From: Eledone cirrhosa
Taxonomy: Eukaryota
Length of the DNA stretch: 64,000 nt
Direction: 5' to 3'
NCBI GenBank assembly: GCA_964016885.1
Contig: OZ024740.1
Span: forward strand, 237,336,001-237,400,000
A program made the translations under genes and the position numbers. Under the pieces are notes generated by a model. That model did not search any database, was not told the origin of the DNA, and saw nothing but the letters and a program-made list of their open reading frames with translations. Numbering within the stretch: position 1 is the first letter of the stretch; each line of letters begins with the position of its first letter. Shown piece by piece: positions 1 to 13,146 of the stretch.

Positions 1-417
1 CAGTCATGCACTGAGGTTGATTTGTCCCTCACCTGATTTTTAGCCTTGTGCCTATGTTAGAAATGGTTATTATTAGCACTTACTTTGAAGACTGTGTCGT
101 TTGATTTCCATGTTCCAGCCTCCTGGCAATAATGTCTGTTATTTCCCCTCCCTTCCTTAGCTTAACAGTAGTAAGGACCCATGATGTAAAAAGTTTTTTT
201 CTTACATTAGATTCTAAAAAAACGATAGTGTTTGTGAGAAGTGACAACTGTCTCATGTGATTATTGTAAGTGAATAAAATCTGACATTACTTGAGCTAAT
301 TAAAATACACACTACATAATTAAACTGTATTAAGATAATTAGAAAACATCTGTTCAGTGGGTTGTAGCAGTGAATGTTTAACTCTGATGATGTGTTTGAT
401 TGTTAGTGTGGTTTAGG

Positions 418-580
418 TTAACCTTTTGGATACCAAACAGCCCAAAACTTCTCTGAGACTATGAAACAAAACCACCCATTTTAAAGGGTTCTTATTTAAA
501 TTAAAATCTTCCAAAGTAATTTGATATAAGATCCATTTGTTAAATTATGTTTGAAATACCATTCTAATAATAAAGAATTT
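418..580 (+). mobile_element. piggyBac-like MITE family B, partial and diverged
   Basis: Starts TTAACCTTTTGGATACC and shares internal sequence (aaaccacccattttaaa...ttcttatttaaatt) with the copies near 22092, 28880 and 44280. Confidence 0.5.
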
Positions 581-1821
581 GGGCCAATCCATAAAATGGT
601 GGTGGGTGTTGTTGTTTGGCCCTACACCAACTTGCTCTAAGTGAACAGACATATGGAATATAGTTAGTCAGGCAAATGACTAGCTGAAATCCACAGATCT
701 GTTGTTCCAGATGTTCCATTTTACTGGGGTTGATACTGTAGGTTTTGACATGCAGTGGTTGATTATTTGGGGTTCAGTCTTTGAACTAAAATAGTTAAAT
801 ATTATTAAAATAAATTGACCAACCATTTTACAGAAGTTTGCTGTTTAGAATGAGCAGCATCGTTGTAGAAATGATCTTTCGTGATATCAACACATATTTC
901 TCATAACCCATGCTGAAATACTGGGGGGGTTTTCTTCAGATGCAGAAGACACTTCAGTCTTGAACATAAGTTTTACATTCTTTATCTGAACACTTAATTT
1001 ACTACTACTACTCACTTCTGTACACACATTGGGCAGTAATTTCTTTTTTTTTTTTCATTTACTGTGTGTGCTGACCACAACTACCTATGTGAGAGATGTC
1101 CACTACTATTCCAATCAAGACCTCCTCATACTAAAGAATAAATACAAGAGCCAATAAAACACTAGTAAGAACAAGTTGCTGGATGTTAGAATATGTCTGT
1201 GTTGGTGATAGTCTGGGTTAATTTGATGGATTTGAAGATAATTTACAACCAAATGAAACGTGTTTATAAAATATCCATTTCATAAGTAGATAGTAATTAT
1301 ATATGTCTATTACTCTAGTAATTCCACAGCAGCCAGAGCAGATATAAGTAATTTAATTGTGAAAAGCAATGTGGATATTTATAGTTTAATTCCACTTGCT
1401 TAGCAATTTTCACAATCTCATTATCTTTGTTCAATATTACATGTATTCTTGGAAATATCACTTGCCACCAGTAAAACGTGTTTAACTCTTTCATGACTAC
1501 ATTTCTAATTAAACATGCTGCAATTTATTTTGGAAATAGTCATCTATTTGAAAGCATTTAATAAAATAACTAACTTTGTTATTACAAGAGGTTTTAATTT
1601 AAATGAAAGATTTTGTCAAATAAAACTAGAGGCGGTCTCAGGCAGGCTGATGTCAAAATAATTCATGTTAGCACACACTAGTCTTCTCTCTGTGTGTTTT
1701 ATATAGTGAATGATTGTTATTTTCTTTTACTTTGTTATACAAAGAAGTGACATGGAAGTAAAGTAAGATTGGAAAAATAATACAATAGTGTTAAGATTGA
1801 ATAATCACTCCAGTATACCAT

Positions 1822-2190
1822 CACTACTCTGACTGCAGCCGAAGCATCACCCATGAATAGTTTGGCGTTTACGCGGTCACATAGACGCTTGGCGCTGGCC
1901 TCAGGGGTGGAGGATTGAAGACACCCAAGAGCAGGGGGTGTGGCGTCCTTTGGCATGCTTGGGATGAGCGCTTGCCCAAAGGTTGAAACATTGGCCTTGA
2001 CAAAGGCTGCTGACGACAGGCTGCCTTGGTCAGCACCAGAGTTGGGAAGGCTGAGGGCGAGTGGGGTGAAATAAAAGAGGCGCTCCCAGTCGCTGGCTTG
2101 ATTAGAGTCCAGGGCCCTCTCAATTGAGGAAGCGAGGGCATTGGTTACCGGCACCCGGGATCTTGAGCGGAATCTTCAGGAGCTGCCTGC
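1822..2190 (-). mobile_element. CRE-like (REL-endonuclease) non-LTR retrotransposon fragment, region N-terminal to RT
   Basis: GC-rich island. Translation NALASSIERAL...WERLFYF...L.LP...VKAN...LCDRVNAKLFMGDASAAVRV resembles the pre-RT region of CRE-clade ORFs (recognised from memory). Confidence 0.55.
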
Positions 2191-2539
2191 TCATTTTAAC
2201 CTGTACTCTGTCAACTCTGCTGTATCCCAAAGTTAATTCATGTCATCCACAATCTTCCTTCTGTACATTAAAGACCTGCTTCCTGTTACCTCTAACATCA
2301 CTCACTCCATTGGAAATGATACCACATTTTAAACCCATTACACTCAGACATCACTCATATGTAACCTAGAAATCATGTGCCAAACCTCCACCACTTTCAT
2401 GAAAACATCCTCCAAGGGGTCATACAATCTAGTTTATTTCACCAGCTTATATCAAGGAAACAATATTGTACCTAAGCCTCTTTTGTTTCGAACAGCATAC
2501 AAATAAAACCTTCAGAATCTGATCTTTCTTTGCAACCTC

Positions 2540-2975
2540 ATATTCATAATATAGTTAAGACTGCACTCAAAAGATTAGCATTCCTTTTCCAGGTTAGAAA
2601 ATATGTTTCATAACTTTCTACACAACTCAAAGAGATACACTAAAGTACTTCTTCCTCGGCTTCCACCACACACATAAACATGGTAGACCATATCCAGTAG
2701 AAGGTCACTGAATGTTTGGCAAAGAATCTCTGAATCACAGGTTTGCTATCCCCTGTCTTTACCTATTCCATCACTACTTTAATGGCCTCTTCAGCTCTAA
2801 ATGAGCTAGTTACATTGTCATCTTCACTGAAGCCTACCAAATTCACTTGTCTCCCCTCTGCTTGTTACTTATTCTTTGTTTTACATTCAAGACCTCATCA
2901 AGATGAACCAATTTGCTTACACTTTCATCCAAATAACATCAGCACTGGAATTTTCTCATCATCTATATTTTTCTG
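2540..2975 (+). mobile_element. Highly decayed Jockey/CR1-group LINE 3' fragment
   Basis: Broken peptides KRLAFLFQVRKY and LFHHYFNGLFSS, plus a decayed version of the C-terminal TS.LWN.L motif typical of these LINEs. Confidence 0.4.
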
Positions 2976-3029
2976 CATGTGTTGCGTTGGTATAGACATG
3001 TGATGCGTATGGACATGTGATGCTCATTT

Positions 3030-3220
3030 ACAGCACTCACTGTACATGAGGTTGGTGTTAGGAAGGGCATCCAGCTGTAGAAATCAAGCCAGAATCAGTT
3101 CCTGTATGAGGAAGACAAGGTCAGCCAACTGGACACTGCCCACAGCAGGACAACCCGTCTAACCCATGCTAGTGTGGAAGAATGGATGTAAAACGGTGAT
3201 GATGATGATGATGATGATGA
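3030..3220 (+). mobile_element. SINE 3' half with RTE-type tail
   Basis: Central motif ggttggtgttaggaagggcatccagctgtagaaa followed by aacccatgctagtgtgg...(GAT)n. Confidence 0.7.
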
Positions 3221-3875
3221 CTTATAGTTGTTTCAAGCTAAACATAAACCCTATCAACCACTGGAGGAGCCTATGAATGTTGTAGACTACCCCTCCACCA
3301 AACTAAGATGTAATACAAAAATACATCTCATTCTTAAGTCCTCAACCATCTTGGTTAGCTTTGACATTGTCTTTGTTTGGGACTGCTTGTGGTGGCTGGT
3401 GTGCAATAGTATATTCATCCCTTGAACTCATCACATATTGGCTTCTATCACCTGGACTACAACAAATTCCATCTAAGATTTTGATCATTCACTCATGTGT
3501 GTGTTTTTGTTTGTGTTTGTGTTTGTTTTTGTTTGTTTGTTTGTTTGTTTGTTTGTTTGTTTGTGTGTGTGTGTCAATGTGTATGTGTAAATAATTTACT
3601 GCTTATGGAATCTTCCAAAGCTCACTCTTTCAAGTCCCATCTAGTTTTGCTAATAATTAACATCACTAAGATTGGAAGCAAGTATTTACAGTGCCAGTGC
3701 ACCATAGCATTAATCTAACATCAGTCCAATCTCCTTCTATTCTGCAGTTTCCTCAAAAATTGTCTTTGAAGTGTATCAGAAATAGTTGAACAATGTGATA
3801 AACATTCTCCAATTAATACAGTGTCTATCCCAGCTTGTCACTTACATACACACACAAATAGATACATCCATATAT

Positions 3876-3978
<103 letters not shown>

Positions 3979-4059
3979 TAGATATATCCATATATACACG
4001 CACACACACACATATAAATACATATATATATATATATATATATACATATATGCTCTGAC

Positions 4060-4240
4060 GAATATGTAATGTTAGTGTGCATGAACGACATAGCATAAAC
4101 GAACTGAAAATAACTTGGCATAAGAGGAATTGGATGTAGTGTGCAAGAAAGAAGACTGCATTGGTATGGACATGTGATGTGTAGGGAAGATAGTAGCTGC
4201 ATAAAAAAATGCAATAGAGGTGACAAAGGACTGTGAGGGC
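4060..4240 (+). mobile_element. RTE LINE fragment (decayed)
   Basis: Encodes CSVQERRLHWYGHVM, homologous to the RTE copy at 5150-6722. Confidence 0.7.
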
Positions 4241-5149
4241 TGGCGCTATACTCTGCTGGTGTTGACCCAGCCAACGGCATATAATGTCACCTGACTTATC
4301 CCTGTGTACCCCTTCCACTAGCAGCTATCCTCCTCCATCACTACACTCCGATCCGCTTCCATGCCTCCTCCAGTATCACATCTTAGCTGCTGCCCCCCCC
4401 CCCCCCTCTAAAAGATTTCCATACTCTGACTATTGTACCCTAGTAGTTACTCTCTTCACCCCTATACACCCCGCCCATGCTCCCTCCATGATCACTCCTT
4501 AGCTATTTTCTCCATCACCTCTCCTGTCTGGCACTGGTGAGTGCCATCTTTCCCAACCCATGTTATTGACCAACAACACCCCACTTCCATTACTCTCCAC
4601 TTCAGTGTTCTCACCATTGCATCACCCCCTACCTATGCTATCAAAAGTCGCCCCTTCCCCTTTCCTACTCATCACCCTGTCAAATCACACACATTTGCCA
4701 AAACTTCATACTTATCTTTCTTCTATCACTCTCAATTAAACCCGAACAGGGCAGAGAGAGGACTCTGGTACCACAAAAATGCACTCGGTACTCACTGAAG
4801 GAAGAGCACCTTGCTGTAGTAAACCATGCCTAAAAAAGGTTGAGAGGACCCTTCAGTTGTGTCACAGCTTGACAACCTCTCTAGTGTTGGTATCTATATG
4901 ATAAACATACCCAATACATGCTGTAAAGTGGTTGGTGATAGGAAGGACATCCAGCCATAGTAAGTTTGCCAAACAAAGAGTTGGAGGAACCTCAATTGTG
5001 TCAAAGACATGATAACCTCTCTTGTGCACTCAGTAAAATGTGAGACCATATGTAAGCGAGATGCAGACTCCTGGCCTTTCTGGGAGGTCAGTAGACCTGT
5101 CCAACCCTTGATATCAAGAAAAGTGGGCATTAAATGATGATGCTGATTA

Positions 5150-6720
5150 TATATCATCACCATCATCATCATTTTACGTCCGCTCTTCCCTGCTTGCAAG
5201 GGTGGGATGGGTCTTATTCAGCGCAGCATCTCTCCACTTGTCACGGTCCTTCGTCATCTCCACCGTGAGCTTCAGCGATCTGAGGTCTGTTCTCACCACC
5301 TCCGCCCATGTTTTTCGTAGTCTACCTCTACCACGTCTTCCTTCAACTGGCATTTCCTGGCACTTCTTCACCCATCGGTCATCCTCCATGCGCATCACAT
5401 GTCCATACCACCTCAGTCTCCTCTCTCGCACACTACATTCTATCCCTCTCAGACACAGTTTCTCTCTCAACACATTCATGCTGGGTCGTTCACGCACATT
5501 GACACTGTACATCCAACGGAGCATGCTTGCCTCATTTCTCTCCAGCCGTCGCATATCCTCTGCAGTTGCTGCCCATGTCTCACTACCATGCAGCATCGCC
5601 CTCCTCACACAGACATCATATAACCGGCCTTTCGTACGCAGGGAGAAACCCTTCTTCATCAGCAGAGGAAGCAGCTCCCTAAACTTCTTCCAACCCGTCC
5701 TTATTCTAGATACTATGGCCTCGGAACACCCACCTCCCATGCTAATCTGATCTCCTAGGTACCGGAAGCTATCCACCACTTCTATAGCACCTGTCTTCAT
5801 TTGAAAAATGTGTCTACCAATGCGACTCCTACTGTCTAATTTCCCTGTACATCTACTGCATACGTATTTCTCCCTACCTGTTAGTTTTCCTGCTATCCCA
5901 CTACATCTCTTGTTTACCCAGGATCTGCATTGTGTGCATTTTATAGAATTTATGCCAGTTCCTTTTCTGCATATCGAACATGGCCTTTTCCCTGACGGAA
6001 TCAGAATTTTGTCCTCTTTTCTACTCATCAACACTTTTGTCTTAGTTAAGTTCACTCTCAGTCCTCTTGCTTCCAACTGCTGTTTCCATAGCCAGAATTT
6101 ATTCTCTAGCTCCTCTACTGATTCTGCTATAAGAACCAGATCATCAGCATAGAGAAGTTCCTATGGACAGCCAGTCTTAAACTCCTCTGTTATGGCTTGG
6201 AGGACTATAATGAACAAGAGCGGGTTGAGGGCCGAACCTTGATGTACTCCTACTTGTATCTGGAATTCCTCACTAAACTCCATTCCTACCCTGACTTTAC
6301 TGAGAGTACCTCTGTACAAAGTTTGCACTGTCCTCACAAGCCATTCCTCAACACCTAGTTTCCTTAGAGACCACCAGATGACAGATCTGGGTACCCTATC
6401 AAAGGCCTTCTCTAGGTCAACAAAGGCTAAGTATAGTGGCTTATTTTTCTCTAAGAACCTCTCTTGCAATTGTCTCACCAAGAAGAGGGCATCTGTTGTA
6501 CTCTTCTCAGGCACAAAACCAAACTGCATCTCATTTAATTTGACCCTTTCTCTAATTAGTTGTGCTAATATCCTTTCTGCCACTTTCATAACCTGATCCA
6601 TCAGTTTTATACCCCTATAATTGCTCCTCTCCAGAGCATCTCCTTTACCTTTGTAGCAATTTATTAGAGTACTGCTGCACCAGTCTTTGGGTATGGCACC
6701 ACCATATATAGCCTGCTTGA

Positions 6721-6722
<2 letters not shown>
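5150..6722 (-). mobile_element. 5'-truncated RTE-clade LINE (RT + PHD-like finger), one in-frame nonsense codon
   Basis: Motifs NYRGIKL, QFGF, AFVDLEKAFDRV, GVHQGSALNPLLF, then CP*ELLYADD. ORFs 6161-6952 and 5174-6076 are in the same frame, separated by TAG at 6163-6161. C-terminal RRLRWYGHVMR and GRGRLRKTW; 3' hairpin and (ATG)n tail; 5' end abuts (TA)n. Confidence 0.95.
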
Positions 6723-6759
<37 letters not shown>

Positions 6760-7524
6760 ATGTGTATATACATGGAAAATGGATGAAAAAGAATGATGAT
6801 ATATATAGTAACCATGTTGTGTCTTGGTTGTTGTCATTCTTTAGTATAGATGTTGCCAGAAACTGACCATACTTATGAACTAGTATTGTTAACACTATCA
6901 TTTGACAGTCAGTAACAAGTACTGGTATTACAGCTTGTTTGCCTCTAGCCAATTTGTCTGCAGCTCTGAAGGAGAGTGAAGACTTAGAAATTTTATTGCA
7001 AGTCTTCGATACATTTTCAGCTCACTTAACTACAGCCACGTAATCCACTGGCCAAGCCCAAATGTCAATATTGCAAATTATTTCCAGTAATAGAAAATAA
7101 TGAGAATACTTGTGCATGGAAGTAAGCCAGCAAATATTGGCAGTGGTTCATCTTTGGACAAGTTTGCTGTCTAAATCCAGCAGCTCTCTGTCAGTCCTAT
7201 GATTATTATAGTAAGTTTATGACACAGTCCTTTCTAATATTCGTTTGCTTATCCTGGGGACAATAGAAATATTTGGGTTTTAGACATCAGCTGTTGAGGT
7301 TCAGATTGTAGTTGTTAGACTTTTGTGAACTAGTTACCACCACACTGTACTAGATTCCATGCAGTAAACTTACAAACCCTTATAGTACTACATACTGTAC
7401 CATCCCCAGGCAATATAGAGATGTCACCTTTTTGGATGATTTGAAGAGGAATCAAAAAGACTACAGTGTTATTGAGGTACTCAATACATTAGTAGAGAAG
7501 ATGCAAATTTATTTCCACATGAAA

Positions 7525-7775
7525 TACATGTATGTACATATGTATGAATGTAATATGTATGTATTTATGTGTGTATGTTATGTATGTGTATGTATATGTA
7601 CATATGTATGTTATGTATGTATATGTATGTATTTATATTATGTATGTATTTATGTTATGTATGTAGGCATTTATGTTATGTATGTATGTATATGCATGTA
7701 TGTATGCATGTATATATGTATTTGTTATGTATGTATGAATGTATGTATGTATATATGTATATGTATGCATGTATG
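7525..7775. repeat. Degenerate (TATG)n simple repeat
   Basis: Read directly from the sequence. Confidence 0.85.
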
Positions 7776-7872
7776 ATGAAGGACCGTGACAAGTGGAGAG
7801 ATGCTGTGCTGAATAGGACCTGTCCCACCTTTGCAAGCAGGGAAAGCGGACATAAAATGATGAAAATGATGT
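7773..7872 (+). mobile_element. RTE 3'-terminal fragment (same family as 5150-6722)
   Basis: MKDRDKWRDAVLNRTCPTFASRE, plus cccacctttgcaagcaggg hairpin and ATG-repeat tail. Confidence 0.85.
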
Positions 7873-7956
7873 ATGCAAGTATATTAAATGAAGATGATAC
7901 ATGCTTGAGCCTTTGTTGCACAACATTACAATGCATTATATTTTCTATACTTCATT

Positions 7957-8365
7957 GGCGGTGAATTGGCAGTATGGGTAGAGGGTCGGACGCCATGCTT
8001 TCTAGCATAGTTACGTCCCTTTACAGTCTGAGTTCCAATCCCGCCGAGGTTAACTTTGCCTTTCATCCTTACGGGGTCGATAAAATAAAGTACCAGTAAT
8101 GTACTGGGTAATTGCTGGCCTTGTGCCTAAAGTAGAAACAATTATATTTTCTATACTTCAGAATCGATTGAGCGTTGGACAACATGCTTTGCGGCATAAG
8201 TTATGGCCTTTTACATTCTGAGTTCAAATCCTGCTGAGGTTAACTTTGCCTTTCATCCTTACGGGGTCGATAAAATAAAGTACCAGTAATGCACTGGGGT
8301 CGATTTAATCGACTTTCCCATTCCCCAAATTGCTGGCCTTGTGCCAAATTTAGAAACAATTATAT
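7957..8365 (+). mobile_element. Two tandem tRNA-derived SINEs (Meta-domain-like family)
   Basis: A box tggcagtatggg, B box gagttccaatccc, central gcctttcatccttacggggtcgataaaataaagtaccag, tail gtagaaacaattat. About 20-bp TSD attatattttctatacttca at 7935-7954 and 8141-8160. Confidence 0.85.
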
Positions 8366-8529
8366 TTTCTAAACTGCACCACAACCACATTACATTACCA
8401 TCATGACAATACTTCCCACATCCTCTACACCAGACCACTGCCACCACGTCACACTTTCTCTGCCTCTACCACATCACACCTTTACCTCTTCCTCCACCAC
8501 CACCACTACTACAATATCACAACTCCACC

Positions 8530-8760
8530 ATTACATCACATCCCCACCACTATATCACACCCCACCACCACTATATCACACCCCGCCACCACTATATCAC
8601 ACCCCACCACCACTACATCACACCCCACCACCACTACATCACACCCCACCACCACTACATCACACCCCACCACCACTACATCATACCCCCACCGCCACTA
8701 CATCACACCCCCACCGCCACTACATTACACCCCTCCACTACATCATATCCCCACCACATT
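8530..8760. repeat. 21-bp minisatellite (caccccaccaccactacatca)n
   Basis: About 8-10 tandem units; explains the HTPPPLH ORF. Confidence 0.9.
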
Positions 8761-8959
8761 ACAACTCCCTCATTACTACATCACACCTCTACTACATCAC
8801 GCATTCACCACCACCACCACTACATCACACACCACCACCTCTACTATGTCAAACCTCCACCATGACTACTACGTCACAAAACAACCACTACACTATGCTG
8901 CAGGAATTCTATGGCAATAAAATAAACTCCCCATCACCACCATCATAGATGTGTGCCAA

Positions 8960-9136
8960 TATAATTGTTTCTACTTTAGGCACAAGGCCAGCAATTACCC
9001 AGTGCATTACTGGTACTTTATTTTATCGACCCCGTAAGGATGAAAGGCAAAGTCAACCTCGGCGGGATTTGAACTCAGATCGTAAAGGGACGTAACTATC
9101 CTGGAAAGCATGGCGTCCGACCCTCTACCGATACTA
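8960..9136 (-). mobile_element. tRNA-derived SINE (same family), young copy
   Basis: Reverse complement of the 7957 family. TSD tgtgccaatataat at 8952-8965 and 9137-9150. Confidence 0.9.
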
Positions 9137-9304
9137 TGTGCCAATATAATGTGAATTAATTTTAGGTGATAAATTACAATTAGTGAGAGAAAATAGGTAA
9201 AATTCTGGTGAATGAAATAATAGTAGTGTTTGTTGTTAGCATCAGGTTAACCCTAATCAAACAGACCTACGACCATCCTGCTTTTTTATGGCTTTCTAGG
9301 AATA

Positions 9305-9845
9305 CAGTTGTACCCCGATATTTGTGGGGGTTACGTCCCTAGAGCACCCGCGAAGAGTGAAAAACCGGAAATATTGGACGTGGTCCATAAAAATGCCTAT
9401 AAACATCAAAATATACCGTATTTCCCAGTGTCGAAGATGCTACTTTATTCCTAAAATAAGTCTCAAAAATCTACTATGTGTCCTGGAGGCCAAAGGTTGT
9501 TTATTATTTTTTTTCAAAATTTTGGTTGTCAAAATTAGGGTGCGTCTCGAGGACGAAGCGTCTTCGGCGCCGGGAAATACGGTAACTTAAAATATAATTA
9601 AAAAAAAGAGGAAGCATCTTGGCGTCCAATAGGCCAGCAAATAAGAGATATTGTTATTAATAATTTAACATTAAAAACATATATATCGCCACGAAAAAAG
9701 CCATTAAAAAAAATCGTGGAAGATATTTATGATTCCGTGAATATGTGGTGGGTTCCATGAACAATTATTAATTGGGTTTTTAAGAAAAATTCTGTGAATA
9801 ACTGTGGCTGCAAATGTCAGGACCGCGAATGCTGGGAGAACACTG
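9305..9845. mobile_element. pogo/Tigger-like MITE (TA TSD) carrying a nested insertion
   Basis: TA|CAGTTGTACCCCG...GAACACTG|TA imperfect TIRs. A related copy lies at 14588-14844. Confidence 0.7.
9416..9582. mobile_element. Tc2/pogo-like MITE nested in the previous element
   Basis: TA|CCGTATTTCCCAG...CCGGGAAATACGG|TA TIRs with TA duplication. Absent from the 14.6-kb sister copy. Confidence 0.85.
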
Positions 9846-11308
9846 TACATTGAAGGCTGTGATTTTGAGGGAGATTTGGCTTCTATTTCTAGTAGGTTGA
9901 CCAAGCACATATAGGTTCCGTTGATGGTAGTAAATATAATTATAATCCATTATCTCTGCCAGTACATAGTGTGATAGCTGACTAATTAGCTGTACATAAA
10001 TAAACCACTTTAATGGCATTAAGTTGATTATATTTTCCTTTGATGTGACAGTTTCCATGGTAACACAAACTGATAATTATATTGAAATGTATTTGGTCAC
10101 TATTGAAAGAGGGGCCCTGACTTTTTCTGTAGATTGGCTTCTATTCCATTTGTCTACTTTATGTGTCATTGAACTGGACCCTAAAAGTTGAGTTATTTAG
10201 CTGAGTCTTTGAGGGACTATGGTACAATATTTGTTACATTAAAGCCATCTACTTACCTAGCGAACAAACTCAGTCTCTACATGGCTACTCAGTTGATTAA
10301 AAATAGCAGTTAAATCTCTCCCAAATTGCACCCTAGTGCCTAAGCCTTCCATTACCATTTTCCTTATGAGAGACTTTGCCTAGAATTCTCAAATCATTTG
10401 GAAAATAATCAAGAATTTTGAGCGAATTAGTAATATAACTAACTTTCCCATTATTAAGCTGGTTTTAGAGCATGATTTTAACCAGGTATAGGCAACCTTT
10501 TACAAGCAATGGGCCCCATGATCGACTTAAACAAAAGTTTTACATAAAATTATGGTAGTAGGTTTTTAGATAAATATAAACATTTTAAAACAGTTTTGTA
10601 TCATAGAAACCAAGGGCAGTTTTAGGCAATTTGTTAACAAAAGTTAAAACTGAAAGAGGCATTGGATAATGTAGCTATGAATGAAATACAAGATGGTCAC
10701 GACAACTTCAATTTGTGATAGTTCTCTGTAAGGTGGTAGTGCTGGTGCCTTGATAAAAAGCACCCAGTCTATCCGGTAGGGTGGTTGTGTTGGTGTCATG
10801 ACAAAATGCACCAAGTTCACACTGTAAGGTGGTAATGCCAGAATCATGGTAATACAGCTCCCAGTACACACTGTAAAGGGATTGGTATGAGGAAGGGCAA
10901 CCCACTCTAGAAACAATGCAGAAAATGGAGCAAACGAGCAAGACGTGGTCACCTGACTAATCTAGCTTCAGTACATGACAACCCATCTAACCCATACAAG
11001 CATCGAAAATAAACTTTCAATGGTGGTGATGACGATAATGATTATTTATATACTGCGAATTTGATTGAATATTAGAATTGATATCTTAAAATGCTTTGTT
11101 TTTATTTCTTAAAAAAACACAACAATCCTCTAAAGTTTTAAAAGTTCAAAAGTTAAGACTAACAACAGTAATAATAGTAATAATAGTAATACTTATAATG
11201 CTCCGTTATATGGTTAAGAATGGTTGTTGGTTTGACTCCATTGAGTATCGCCTTGGGCGATTGTCTCATACACACACACTCACACACCACACACACACAC
11301 GCACACGC

Positions 11309-11354
<46 letters not shown>

Positions 11355-11379
11355 ACGCACACACATGATACCAATATAT

Positions 11380-11860
11380 TAAAACAAATACAAGACCATT
11401 TATGTAGAGTTTGCAGATCCAGTACCTATCCTATGCTACTGACACAAGGAAGAGTACCAACAGAACTGAAAAACAGCTTGATACTTTCCAACAAAGATGC
11501 CTCTGAAAGATTCTGGACATTAGATGGCAAGACAAGATCAGAAACGAATATGTGCTTCAAAGAGCCAATGCCACAAGCCTGAGTTTTGTCATCAAGAGCA
11601 GAAGAATGAAGCTGGTAGGGCATGTCCTACGAATGGAGGACAATATACCAGCAAGAACTGTAATGTTATGGTTGCCAGCTGGTAGGGAAAAGACCAAAGG
11701 GTAGGCCAATGAAGACTTGGAGATCCACCCTAAAAGATGACTTGCACAGGTGTGGCACTCACTGGTTTCAAGCACCAACTCTTGCCAGAGACAGAAAGAT
11801 GAAAGAGCATAGTGGCTCACTGCCAGGAGGCTTGAGAAGCCAGATGACCAGATGATCAAC
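11380..11860 (+). mobile_element. Old RTE-like LINE 3' fragment
   Basis: Remnant GRPMKTWRSTLKDD and a decayed RR..W.GH region. Confidence 0.6.
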
Positions 11861-12128
11861 GAGTCGATATTTTAGATATTGATATAATTTCCCTGTATAT
11901 ATATATAATATATGCATACAAATATGTATGTCTGTGTGTGTGCATATACTTTTGGCTAAATATATTTGATGTTCAGTGAGTGGGATTGTCTCTATGCAAA
12001 GCCTTTCCTTACTTAAAACAGCTTCAAGCATAGGCATCGCTTAATATGTCACATCTTTTGCATTGCATGACATGGCTGGCTGTAGGCAAGTCCTTAGGAC
12101 TAAAAAGCCACGTCCATGCTGCTCATGT

Positions 12129-12357
12129 TTAACCCTTTAGCATTTACATTACTCTATATTTACTATTGTATTTTTGTGGTAAAGGCTTTACCTCACATAA
12201 TTATCTCACATAATATCAAGTCTACAAGATTTTGATATTATATATTTAGGGAACAATATCTCAACGTCAGTATGAACAGCCGGTTTCAACTGGTTTGAAC
12301 AGAGAGAGGTGAGAGAATTCTGGCTGGATACAGCCGGTTTAAATGCTAAAGGGTTAA
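12129..12357. mobile_element. piggyBac-like MITE family A (~225 bp)
   Basis: TTAA|CCCTTTAGCATTTA...TAAATGCTAAAGGG|TTAA perfect TIRs with TTAA TSD. Confidence 0.9.
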
Positions 12358-12394
12358 GTATCAAGCGATAGCATTATTTGAAATTGAGTTGTGC

Positions 12395-12446
12395 TATCAC
12401 ATATATATGTATTCATATGTATGCATATATATATACATATATGTGT

Positions 12447-12477
<31 letters not shown>

Positions 12478-12680
12478 ATGTACACACACGCATATATGTG
12501 TATATATATATATGTACACACACACATATATATATATATATACACATATGTATATGTATATATATATACACATATGTATATGTACATATATATATGTACA
12601 TATATATATGTGTGTATATATATATGTATACACACACATATATATATGCATATTTATGTATACATATGTGTCCATAGGTG
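12395..12680. repeat. (TA/TG/CA) compound microsatellite
   Basis: Read directly from the sequence. Confidence 0.9.
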
Positions 12681-12739
12681 GGTGTATAAATAAATATGTG
12701 TCTATGTGTATATATGTGTGTGTAAGTATATTTTTTTTT

Positions 12740-12966
12740 ACAATCGATCGACTTTCGTCAAATCGGACCGAGGAAACAATGTTTCCATTGGTCTTTCCAA
12801 TTGCTAATACTAAATACTATCTATCGGTCGCAACTCCAGGTAGAAGGAGCAACGTGAAATAAAGTGTCTTGCCCAAGGACATAACGCATCGCCTGGTCCA
12901 GGAATCGAACTCACAACCTTACGATTGCGAATCTAATTCTCTAACCACTCAGCCACACGCCTTCAC
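12740..12966 (-). mobile_element. tRNA-derived CORE-like SINE
   Basis: Minus strand: tggctgagtggttaga (A box), gagttcgattcc (B box), gtccttgggcaagacactt (CORE-like). Confidence 0.75.
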
Positions 12967-13146
12967 AGTATATATATATGTATATTTAATATAGAAATGG
13001 CTTCTACAGGACTAGAACTGTTTCATTTGGGAGAAATCATCATCTATATATATATATATATATATATAGATAGATCAGGATTACCAGTTTTAAACTAGTA
13101 AGACCATTTATTCAACAGAGGAATCAATACTTAGGATAGTAGAGTG

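Noticed and set aside
5202-5750. Antisense ORFs over the RTE and Tx1 elements
   Set aside because: Shadow frames of LINE coding sequence
6723-6952. N-terminal part of the 263-aa RTE ORF
   Set aside because: Read-through across (TA)n into unrelated flank; the element is truncated at ~6722
8403-8948. Extensin-like proline-rich ORF
   Set aside because: A 21-bp minisatellite between SINEs, with no supporting gene context
12880-12966. tRNA genes (also at 25600-25680 and 55455-55525)
   Set aside because: A and B boxes are present, but there is no convincing cloverleaf and they continue into SINE bodies
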